From Armatimonadota bacterium (GTDB taxonomy: Bacteria; Vulcanimicrobiota; JACPDS01; JBDRKI01): a DNA stretch of 37,624 nt. Below are positions 26,863 to 35,404 of this stretch, one piece after another; position 1 is the first letter of the stretch, and each line of letters begins with the position of its first letter. The position numbers were made by a program, and so were the translations under genes. The stretch is from NCBI GenBank assembly GCA_043814095.1, contig JBDRKI010000107.1, positions 1 to 37,624 on the forward strand, written 5' to 3'. The notes beneath the pieces are model-generated. The model was not told the DNA's origin, made no database searches, and was given only the letters and a program-made list of their open reading frames with translations.

Positions 26863-29400
26863 TCATCTGTTTACTCCTCCTAATGATAACTGTGAAAGCG
26901 ACAGCTGTTCGCTTTTATTTCTAAAACCGTTTATCTTTTCTTTAAGTTCAATTAAATTTATCTCATCCAGCGAATCTATTATATTAAGAATCCGGTCTTT
27001 CTCGCTCTTTATGTGCCGGTATTTAGAAGAATCTTCAAGGTTCTTCTTCACGCCGGCATTTAACTCAAAACAGGCGCCTGACGCGGATTTTGTTATTTTA
27101 CATATGCCTAATTCTTCAAAAATATTTAACCCCAGATCAAAACTCAAAGGATCTATATTCTCTTTTTCCAGCAGGCGCGGGTTAAATTCCATGTTCTGCC
27201 TGTTAATCCGCCAGATTATATTATATATTTTTTCAAGTTTTTGTCTAGATATAAATTTTTCCTCTATTTTACGTCTTTCCCCGGCAATTTCATCAAATCC
27301 GAAGAGAAGATGCACCGCGCCGCAGCCGCTTATAATCTTAAGAAGCCCGGGGAACTGTGTGTAATCTTCCGGCAAGCCGTATAAAATTACATCCTCCAGA
27401 ATACTTAAATCCGGCTTTATTTTCCCGGCAAGGTCATAACTCGCAAAAATATATTTTTTGGAACATCCCAGCGCTTTATCCCATTCAGCGACGTTATTAA
27501 CAAATGAAGAACCGTTAAACAATTTAGATACCGTATAGGCCTGCTTCTCGCTGGAGAAAAGAACAAGAAGGCTTTCTTTGTGCTCCATAATATTTTCAAG
27601 ATACCCGTCCTTATTCTTAAGGTTTCTGGCGTCTATAACCGAACCTGCTTTGTCTGCGTTCAGACTGCCGTGCATATCCATGCTTTTGCGCAGAACGCTT
27701 TTAACAAAATCATCGGGTTTTTTCATATCAATACATATAAGATTAACCTTATCAACTCCCATATAACTGTCTATGCCCAGGGTAACGACAAAATCATAAA
27801 AGAAAGTGTCGGGATAAATATGGCTGTAAAGATACTCTTTTCCGAAACCTATAACTTTATTCAGATACTGACCCTGCTTTATATTCATCCTTAAATGCAC
27901 GGGGGGTCTCCCGACCAGTCCCGCATCCTGTATATGAGCGCCCCTTATTAAAAATTTAGGCTCGGGGTTTTTATTCCCGAACGGCTCCAGCAGGGAAAAC
28001 TCCCTCACAAAATCAAGGGTAAGTTTTGATAATTCTATCTCTGAATCTATATCAATCTTTTCGGTAAAGGTGCCGTACTTTAAAGCTTCCGCATTTAACA
28101 TATCAAAGATTTTATCTTTATTTTCTTCGGAAAAGCTGAAGCCCGCCGCGGCTTTATGGCCGCCGTAATGAAGAAGGTAATCCGAAGAAGAGCTAAGCAT
28201 CCGGAAAAGATTGTAATTTTCAGGGCACCTCGCGGACCCTTTTATATGGCTGCCTTTTAAAGCCATAAGAAAAACGGGTTTGTTGAATTTATCAACCAGT
28301 TTTGAGGCCACTATGCCCAGAACACCCAGATGCCAGTTCTTATTAAAAAGAAAAATTATATTCTGATCAACCATCTGCGGATCTTCCATAAGCATCTTTT
28401 CTATATCTTTCTGCATCTGGACTTCGGTCTTCTGCCGCTTTATATTAAGATTGTTAAGCTGCACGGCCAGGGTTTTGGCTTTATCCTCGTCTTTTTCCAG
28501 AAGAAGCTCACAGGCAAATTCCGCTTTATCAAGTCTGCCTGCCGCGTTTATCCTGGGGCCCATTATAAATGTTATTGTCTGGGTATCTACTTTTTTATTC
28601 TTGAAACCCGAAACTTCAAGCAGCGACCTGACACCTGCGGAAGGATTTTCATTAAGCTGTTTTATGCCTTCTTTTACTATGATCCTGTTCTCTATGGATA
28701 AATCCATGCAGTCCGCAAGGGTTCCTAATGCCGCAAGATAAATCCATTCTTTCCATATGTCGGGTTTATCCTCAAATAAAGCATGAACAAGCTTAAAGGC
28801 AACCCCTACCCCGCTTAAATCTTTATTGGGGTAAGGACAGTCTTTCTGTTTCGGATTTATAATAATATCCGCGGGAGGGAGTTTTTCCGGAACTTCATGG
28901 TGGTCGGTTACAATAACCTTCATGCCGAGTGATTTCAATTTATTTATTTCTTCAATATTGCTTATGCCGTTATCAACCGTAATAACAAGCTTAATATGAT
29001 TTTTCCCGGCCCATTCTATGCCCTCAGAACTTAAACCGTAGCCTTCTTCTATTCTATGGGGAAGGTAATATTTAAAATCCGCGCCCATATGATTCAATGC
29101 TTCGCACAATAAAACGGTGGAAGTTACCCCGTCAACATCATAATCCCCGAAAACGCCTATCTTTTCACCTTCATTAACGGCCTTTTTTATCATATTCACA
29201 GCGTCTTTTACGCCGTTCATGGAATAAGGATCGTAAAGATTTTCCAGGTTATGATAAAGAAACATATCAGCGGATTCTTTATCCTCTATGCCCCTGTTTA
29301 CCAGAACAGAGGACATCTGGTAAGAAAGGCCCGTTTCCCTTGCCAGCTTTAATGTTTTATCTTTATCCGTGCTTTTAATATTCCAGAATTTGTTCTGCAT
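26863..29400 (-). CDS. recJ: Single-stranded-DNA-specific exonuclease RecJ with C-terminal extension
   Basis: GDYDVDG, TVDNG, TDHH, GPRINAAGR, GSAR, GGHKAAAG, EPFG..NP.P. ATG29400 preferred as it avoids overlap with the upstream gene. Confidence 0.95.
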   Translation of the reverse strand: MQNKFWNIKSTDKDKTLKLARETGLSYQMSSVLVNRGIEDKESADMFLYHNLENLYDPYSMNGVKDAVNMIKKAVNEGEKIGVFGDYDVDGVTSTVLLCEALNHMGADFKYYLPHRIEEGYGLSSEGIEWAGKNHIKLVITVDNGISNIEEINKLKSLGMKVIVTDHHEVPEKLPPADIIINPKQKDCPYPNKDLSGVGVAFKLVHALFEDKPDIWKEWIYLAALGTLADCMDLSIENRIIVKEGIKQLNENPSAGVRSLLEVSGFKNKKVDTQTITFIMGPRINAAGRLDKAEFACELLLEKDEDKAKTLAVQLNNLNIKRQKTEVQMQKDIEKMLMEDPQMVDQNIIFLFNKNWHLGVLGIVASKLVDKFNKPVFLMALKGSHIKGSARCPENYNLFRMLSSSSDYLLHYGGHKAAAGFSFSEENKDKIFDMLNAEALKYGTFTEKIDIDSEIELSKLTLDFVREFSLLEPFGNKNPEPKFLIRGAHIQDAGLVGRPPVHLRMNIKQGQYLNKVIGFGKEYLYSHIYPDTFFYDFVVTLGIDSYMGVDKVNLICIDMKKPDDFVKSVLRKSMDMHGSLNADKAGSVIDARNLKNKDGYLENIMEHKESLLVLFSSEKQAYTVSKLFNGSSFVNNVAEWDKALGCSKKYIFASYDLAGKIKPDLSILEDVILYGLPEDYTQFPGLLKIISGCGAVHLLFGFDEIAGERRKIEEKFISRQKLEKIYNIIWRINRQNMEFNPRLLEKENIDPLSFDLGLNIFEELGICKITKSASGACFELNAGVKKNLEDSSKYRHIKSEKDRILNIIDSLDEINLIELKEKINGFRNKSEQLSLSQLSLGGVNR

Positions 29401-29410
29401 AAAATATTCC

Positions 29411-29695
29411 TTATTCTTCTTCTTTAACAGGCCTGCCTTCAAGCTCCCTTATCTTGGATTCTTTTTCCGATAATTTAACTTTAAGCTCTTTTACGGCTTT
29501 TTTTGAAACGGAGGAATTATATACTGCAAGCAGTACGGCAATAATTACACCCGTTAACAGGCTTAAAAATAATACTACTACTTTGGGAAGTGAAAAATGC
29601 CATATCATAAATTTAAGGCTCATCGGATCGGCATTCTGAATTGAAAATATTATTACTATAAAAGCAAGCAGAAGCATAAAAAACAAAGCTGCCAT
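29411..29695 (-). CDS. LapA/DUF1049-family small membrane protein
   Basis: Two TM helices around FSIQN...LKF..W...LP and a C-terminal coiled coil; upstream of recJ. Confidence 0.8.
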   Translation of the reverse strand: MAALFFMLLLAFIVIIFSIQNADPMSLKFMIWHFSLPKVVVLFLSLLTGVIIAVLLAVYNSSVSKKAVKELKVKLSEKESKIRELEGRPVKEEE

Positions 29696-31111
29696 CTATC
29701 CTCCGGTTTGCGCGTATAAAAGCGCTTTTTTTAATCTTTCTATTACTTTATCCCTGCCGAGCATAACAAGCACGTCAAAAATAGGAGGCGTCGCGCACCT
29801 TCCCGACACCGCGAGTCTTACGGGCTGTATTAACTTGCCGGCTCCGATACCGGAACCTGCGGCAATCCCCCTTATAATCTTTTCGGTACTTTCAAGATCA
29901 AAACTCTCAATCAGGGAAAATTCTTTAATTATTTTTTCAAACGCGGGGGTAAAGAAGTCGCCTTTAAAATATTTACCTGCGTCTTTCTCATCATAACTTA
30001 TCTCATCTTCAAAAAAGAATCCCGCGTCATTAAAAAAGTCTCTTAAAGTCGTGATTCTTTCTTTATATAAAGGAGCGAGATTTTCTATAAGACCGTCTTT
30101 TATATCCTTATGAACTCTTGCTTTGTTAAAATCTTTCAAAAGCCCGGCAAGATCATTATCGGACATTTTTCTTATATGGCTCGCGTTTACGGCAGAAAGT
30201 TTATCGTCGTCAAAAACGGCGGCGCTTTTGGTTATCCTGTCCATGGAAAACTTTTCTATAATCCCGCCAACATCCATTATATCTTTATCATCACCTGATG
30301 ACCAGCCCAGGAGCGATAAAAAATTAATAAGAGCTTCCGGGAGATAACCCATCCCGGCAAAGTCATCAAGAGTCGCCGCCCCTGCCCTTTTGGACAGTTT
30401 TGTCTTGTCCGGATTTAAAACGATGGGGATATGAGCAAATAAAGGCTGTTTTTCGCCTAATGCGGAGAATATCATTATCTGCCTGGGAGTGTTGGATATA
30501 TGCTCCTCCCCCCTTATAACATGGGTAATGCGCATTGTAATATCATCAACAACAACAGCGAAATTATATACAGGGATGCCGCTTGACTTAACTATTATGA
30601 AATCTTCTATTGTATCATTATCAAACTCTACTTTACCCCTTACAAGATCATTAAAAACAGTAATCCCTTTGTCAACCTTAAATCTTATTACATATTCTTT
30701 GCCTTCTCCCGTAAGTTTTTCGGCTTCTTCCGTTTTTAAATCCCTGCATTTACCGTTATAACCGGACAAAGAGCCTTCCGCTTTCCGGTTCTCAAGTTCT
30801 TCTTTAGTGCAGAAACAGCGGTAAGCATACCCTTTTTCCAGAAGCTTATCGGCATATTCTTTATACATATCAAGCCGTTCTGTCTGGAAATAAGGGCCTT
30901 CATCCCAGTTAAGACCGAGCCACTTTAGATCCCTTAAAATAGAATCTAAATATTCTTTTTTTGATCTGGCTTTATCGGTATCTTCAATCCTTAATACAAA
31001 TACGCCTTTGCGCGATCTCGCGAAAAGCCAGTTAAACAAAGCCGTCCTTGCCGAACCTATATGAAGGTGCCCTGTCGGCGAAGGAGCGAATCTTACCCTT
31101 ACTTTTTTCAT
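29696..31111 (-). CDS. gltX: Glutamate--tRNA ligase
   Basis: RFAPSPTG.LHIG, RIEDTD, YRCFC, THVIRGEEH, KLSKR. Confidence 0.97.
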   Translation of the reverse strand: MKKVRVRFAPSPTGHLHIGSARTALFNWLFARSRKGVFVLRIEDTDKARSKKEYLDSILRDLKWLGLNWDEGPYFQTERLDMYKEYADKLLEKGYAYRCFCTKEELENRKAEGSLSGYNGKCRDLKTEEAEKLTGEGKEYVIRFKVDKGITVFNDLVRGKVEFDNDTIEDFIIVKSSGIPVYNFAVVVDDITMRITHVIRGEEHISNTPRQIMIFSALGEKQPLFAHIPIVLNPDKTKLSKRAGAATLDDFAGMGYLPEALINFLSLLGWSSGDDKDIMDVGGIIEKFSMDRITKSAAVFDDDKLSAVNASHIRKMSDNDLAGLLKDFNKARVHKDIKDGLIENLAPLYKERITTLRDFFNDAGFFFEDEISYDEKDAGKYFKGDFFTPAFEKIIKEFSLIESFDLESTEKIIRGIAAGSGIGAGKLIQPVRLAVSGRCATPPIFDVLVMLGRDKVIERLKKALLYAQTGG

Positions 31112-31219
31112 AATGCAGTCCTTGATTTTTAATCCGGATTTACTTCTATCTATCTTTTATTCATCCTTTATAAATTCCTTCGGAGGAATTTTAATACGCT
31201 TAAAGAATTAAAATCAACT

Positions 31220-32023
31220 ATGAATAAAGATAGAATACTTGCGCTTGATTTTGACGGTGTGTTATGGGACAGCGCCCAGGAAAACTGGGTGACCGGATAT
31301 ATAACCTATTTTAAATACTCCGACAAGCTTGCATGCACGCGTAAAAACAACAAAAAATTCCTTCAGGGCAGATATCTTGCAAGAAGCGGTGAAGATTTCT
31401 ACTACCTGTTCCGCATGCTTGACGAGAACCCTGATATAGATTTTAGAAAAATTACACCGGAAAAATGGAAAGAGTACAAAAAAAAGCATGAAATTGCAGC
31501 TGAACCTTTTGTAAGAGAATTCTATAAAACAAGGAAATGCCTGCTCCAGTATGACCATAAAGGATGGGCAATGCACCAGCAGCCTTATCCCGGCATAATA
31601 AACGATATAAAAGGGCTTGAAAAATATTTTAAACATATCTATATAACATCGGCGAAAGATACCCCTTCAATAAAAAAACTGATTAAATCACGCCGTATTA
31701 AATTTAAGGTTATAGGGAGAGAACATTCCACCCATAAACACGAACAGTTAAAATACCTGAAAGACAAGCACGGTATAAAGTATGAGAATATATATTTCAT
31801 TGATGACTGCATGGAAAACCTTACCCCGCTGTTAAATACAAAAGTTAATATCTTTCTCGCGGGATGGGGGTATAATTCCGCCGAAGATAAAATTGAAGCA
31901 AAAAAGCTGGGCATCCCCGTGGTTAATTTAAAAGACCTTACACAAAAAATAAAACACCTTATAAATAAAGAAAAAAAACAAGCAAAAGTAAAAACAAAAA
32001 TAATAAAAATAAATAAATTTTAA
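31220..32023 (+). CDS. HAD-superfamily hydrolase
   Basis: LDFDGV (motif I), ITSAK, FIDD (motif IV), LAGWGYN; Lys-rich tail. Confidence 0.85.
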   Translation: MNKDRILALDFDGVLWDSAQENWVTGYITYFKYSDKLACTRKNNKKFLQGRYLARSGEDFYYLFRMLDENPDIDFRKITPEKWKEYKKKHEIAAEPFVREFYKTRKCLLQYDHKGWAMHQQPYPGIINDIKGLEKYFKHIYITSAKDTPSIKKLIKSRRIKFKVIGREHSTHKHEQLKYLKDKHGIKYENIYFIDDCMENLTPLLNTKVNIFLAGWGYNSAEDKIEAKKLGIPVVNLKDLTQKIKHLINKEKKQAKVKTKIIKINKF

Positions 32024-32034
32024 AGGAGAAAAAA

Positions 32035-32466
32035 ATGAAAAAAATTGCTTTACTTTTAGTGATTCTTTTCGCGGGTGCTATGTTTTTAACTTCCTGCATG
32101 AAAAAAGACGAACCCGCCGAAGCCAAGGCCGGAAAAGTAAAATGGTACTATTCGTTTGATAAAGGCCAGACAGAGGCAAAAAAACTTAACAAGCCCATGA
32201 TGGTTGATTTTTACACCGACTGGTGCTCCTGGTGCAAAAAACTGGATAAAAACGTATATACCGATCCAAAAGTACAGACCTTAGCCCAAAGGTTTGTCTG
32301 TATAAAGATAGACGCGGATAAAAACGAGCTTCTCAAACAGAAATACAACATAAAAGGATACCCCACCGTCCTTATATTATCCCCGGACGGGGCGCTGATA
32401 ACCACAATCCTGGGATACAGGGAACCTGCCGCTTTTGCGGCCGCACTGAAACAAGGATTAAAATAA
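32035..32466 (+). CDS. Thioredoxin-like lipoprotein
   Basis: Lipobox LTSC; DFYTDWCSWCK; GYPT cis-Pro loop. Confidence 0.88.
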   Translation: MKKIALLLVILFAGAMFLTSCMKKDEPAEAKAGKVKWYYSFDKGQTEAKKLNKPMMVDFYTDWCSWCKKLDKNVYTDPKVQTLAQRFVCIKIDADKNELLKQKYNIKGYPTVLILSPDGALITTILGYREPAAFAAALKQGLK

Positions 32467-32476
32467 CGGAGGATTC

Positions 32477-32884
32477 GTGAAAAAATTAAGTTTAATTCTT
32501 CTTATAACTTTCGTGCTCGGATTAAACCTTACATTATCAGCTTCCGCGGAACAGATAAACTGGTATTATTCATTTTCAGACGCTCAGAAAGAAGCGCAAA
32601 AAACAGGCAAGCCCATGCTTGTGGATGTTTATACCGACTGGTGCGGCTACTGCAAGAAGCTGGATAAAGACGTATTTACCGATACAGACGTTATAAATTT
32701 ATCAAAATCTTTTGTATGTGTTAAAGTAGACGGTGATAAATACCGTTCAGTAGTGCAGAAATACGGTGTAAGAGGCTACCCTACCACCCTGTTTTTGAAG
32801 CCGAACGGTTCGGTAATTAAAAAAGCAGTGGGCTATATGGGAGCGGATGAATATCTTAAAGACATGAAAAACGCGTTAAAATAA
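32477..32884 (+). CDS. Exported thioredoxin-like protein
   Basis: Signal peptide ending ASA; DVYTDWCGYCK; GYPT. GTG start after GGAGG. Confidence 0.88.
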   Translation: MKKLSLILLITFVLGLNLTLSASAEQINWYYSFSDAQKEAQKTGKPMLVDVYTDWCGYCKKLDKDVFTDTDVINLSKSFVCVKVDGDKYRSVVQKYGVRGYPTTLFLKPNGSVIKKAVGYMGADEYLKDMKNALK

Positions 32885-32920
32885 TGTTATTTTAAAAATA
32901 TTACTTGAAAAGTCAAAAAA

Positions 32921-32985
32921 TTAACAAAAATTTAACAAATTGTTAACAAATTGGCAATATATAACTCCCTTAAACAAATTATAAT
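32921..32985 (+). promoter_or_regulatory. Promoter region with three 11-bp-periodic TTAACA boxes
   Basis: TTAACA at 32921, 32932, 32943 and TATAAT at 32980; no good -35 at 17-nt spacing. Confidence 0.65.
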
Positions 32986-33009
32986 ATATTTAAGGGGGTT
33001 ATTTTTTAT

Positions 33010-35403
33010 ATGGAACCAAACCCTTTATCCGGCTATGGAGATAAATTAAATAATATCAGACATACACAGGGTTATTATAATAATAACTCTTTAATTTCAT
33101 TTTCCCGATCAACCCCCGCGAAAAAGCTGGAAAGACTCCGCAGATTGTTTAAAAATGAATTTAAAGATTATTATATTTTTGACAAGCCTCTTTTAGACGC
33201 AGGGGAAACCAACTGGCTTAACTGTCACGACGGGCGCCTTAATTTTGTGAACAAAAAACATAAAGAACTGTTTTACCGGGAATTAAAAAAACATACAGAC
33301 GGCGGTCCTCTTTATACGCGCTGCGTTTACCTTTACCGCAAATCGGATAACTGCCTCCTTTATACATGGATAGACAAAGACAATTCAAAACAATCTCACG
33401 CCGAGAAAAAGAAAATCGTAAATATTTTCATGCAGACATTATGGAAAACCATCCCTAAAAATCTGGTAGTTTTTCCTTATCTCAATAAAGACTTCTCTGA
33501 ATGGCCGCCCCGTGAAAAACACAAATACCTTATATTCCTAAAAACCATGACAGGGCACGGGGGTTTAAGAGATTTTGAGCTTTGCGCTCTGCGCGAAGCG
33601 GAAAAAAGAGAGCGATCCTTCCGCGAATGGCTCGGGGAAATGAAAATAATACCTAAATGGCTTGATAAATACGGTAATCCCGATAAACTTGCAAAGATAA
33701 ACTTTGTTGAGAAATTTTTTGAAAAGCTTGATGAAAAAATAATAAATAAAATAATCAACATGCCTCATGACCCGAAAAATCCGGCACGGGATGTAAGATA
33801 TTCATTCCTTTGCGAATACGCCTATTTCATAACAGCCAGAAACCTTATAAATCCCTTAAGCTGGTATGTGGGGCTCGCGTCAATGACAAAACTTGCCGAA
33901 GAATGGAACAACATAATCCGTCTGGTAAAGGGCGGTTCCCATGAAGATTTCGCTCTCGCACTCGGCCAGCTTATAGGCGCGGTATTATCCATACCCGTAG
34001 GAATAAAGGCATTCAAACCTTTAACCCCGGCCGCTTTAAGCGCTTTAAAGCAGGCAGCTGAAAAAGCTAAAGTGCCTATTAATAAAATAAACGATATAAT
34101 AAAAAAGATAGATAAAAAATTCGACCTTCCCGAAAAACCGAAACCTAAAATAATAACCAGGGAAGAAGGCCTTATAAAACACAGGCAAAAACACGTAAAA
34201 AAACTGCAAGGCAGGTTAAAACACGCGAAAAAAGAGTTAAAAACACCTAAAAAAAATCCGGATAACACTTCAAAAATTCTGCAGAAACCGTTAAGCCGTC
34301 TAAAATCCAGAAGGTTCCCGCCGCAGAAACCGAATTATGAAATCAGCTATAGAGCGGGTAAGGGTCATTTTGATAATTATAAAAAAGCGCTTGCGTTGAA
34401 AAAGAAACATTCTAATAAAAAACAGATAAACGATCAAATAAGAAACCAGCGTAAAAAAGCGATACTTCATTTGGAAAAATCGGAAAACCTTAAGCCCCCC
34501 GCTGATATAAGCTTTGAAAACAACTGGAGGTTATGCGTATTAAGGACACATTCCTACAACTGGGAGAAAGCCATTTATCATTTTAAACAAGCCGTGGAAA
34601 AATACAGGATGCGGAAATTTCAATTTAAAATTGAAAAAGATATGGTCCTGCGCGAATATCAAAATCCGCTGGAAAACGTACGGTTAAATTTGTCAAAATT
34701 TCATGAGGAATTACAATCCCTCCGGACAAAAATGGATAAAATAATTTTAAACTTTGAAAAAAACAAGAGTACTTTAACGGCCCAGAAAACCGAGGGCAAA
34801 CTAAGCATTCTCGAATACGAACAGCGTGTAAAAGAAATAGACTTTGAAATACAAAAATCAATTATAAAAATTGAAGCCGAACAGAAAAAAATTCAAAGAT
34901 CCATATCTAAATTTGAAAAACAGGAAAAAGTGCTCGAGCATCAACGGAATAAAAAATTAGCCGCCATCGAAAAGCCGGTAAAATACCAGCTTAAAACCAT
35001 TTACAGCGCTTACAAAGAATTAAAATCAAGTCTTAAGCGGTATCTGCGCAGGTTTGAGAAAACAGAAAAAGAAAGCTTTGATACGATAAAAAAGATGGAA
35101 CCCTATCTTAAGGGCCTGCATACACAGATTATAAAGACGGAAAGCCGCCTGGCGGGCATTCAAATAATGACAAGGGTAGTCGGGAAAACTAAATCCTTGG
35201 ACAAAATGTATACAACCAGATACGCGGAACTGCAGGCGTTAAGAGGCAGGTATAAAAGCGGTAACGATAAATTCATAAAATTATGCTCCGAAAACGCAAA
35301 AGCCAAAACGGAAATAATCCGCTTAAAGGAAGCCTACAGGCAGGTAGAAATAGACCTTAAGGTGCATATGATGATGAATGATATAGATGTTATAGGAATA
35401 TAG
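33010..35403 (+). CDS. Large basic hypothetical protein (paralog A): central hydrophobic segment, TPR-like helices, coiled-coil C-terminus
   Basis: 797-aa ORF, homologous along its length to 35405-37252; family not recognised. Confidence 0.85.
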   Translation: MEPNPLSGYGDKLNNIRHTQGYYNNNSLISFSRSTPAKKLERLRRLFKNEFKDYYIFDKPLLDAGETNWLNCHDGRLNFVNKKHKELFYRELKKHTDGGPLYTRCVYLYRKSDNCLLYTWIDKDNSKQSHAEKKKIVNIFMQTLWKTIPKNLVVFPYLNKDFSEWPPREKHKYLIFLKTMTGHGGLRDFELCALREAEKRERSFREWLGEMKIIPKWLDKYGNPDKLAKINFVEKFFEKLDEKIINKIINMPHDPKNPARDVRYSFLCEYAYFITARNLINPLSWYVGLASMTKLAEEWNNIIRLVKGGSHEDFALALGQLIGAVLSIPVGIKAFKPLTPAALSALKQAAEKAKVPINKINDIIKKIDKKFDLPEKPKPKIITREEGLIKHRQKHVKKLQGRLKHAKKELKTPKKNPDNTSKILQKPLSRLKSRRFPPQKPNYEISYRAGKGHFDNYKKALALKKKHSNKKQINDQIRNQRKKAILHLEKSENLKPPADISFENNWRLCVLRTHSYNWEKAIYHFKQAVEKYRMRKFQFKIEKDMVLREYQNPLENVRLNLSKFHEELQSLRTKMDKIILNFEKNKSTLTAQKTEGKLSILEYEQRVKEIDFEIQKSIIKIEAEQKKIQRSISKFEKQEKVLEHQRNKKLAAIEKPVKYQLKTIYSAYKELKSSLKRYLRRFEKTEKESFDTIKKMEPYLKGLHTQIIKTESRLAGIQIMTRVVGKTKSLDKMYTTRYAELQALRGRYKSGNDKFIKLCSENAKAKTEIIRLKEAYRQVEIDLKVHMMMNDIDVIGI

Positions 35404-35404
35404 G

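Noticed and set aside
32951-32966. TTGGCA (also at 37295) as a sigma54 -24 box or sigma70 -35
   Set aside because: No GC at the -12 position at either site, and the spacing to the -10 hexamer is 23 nt, too long for sigma70.
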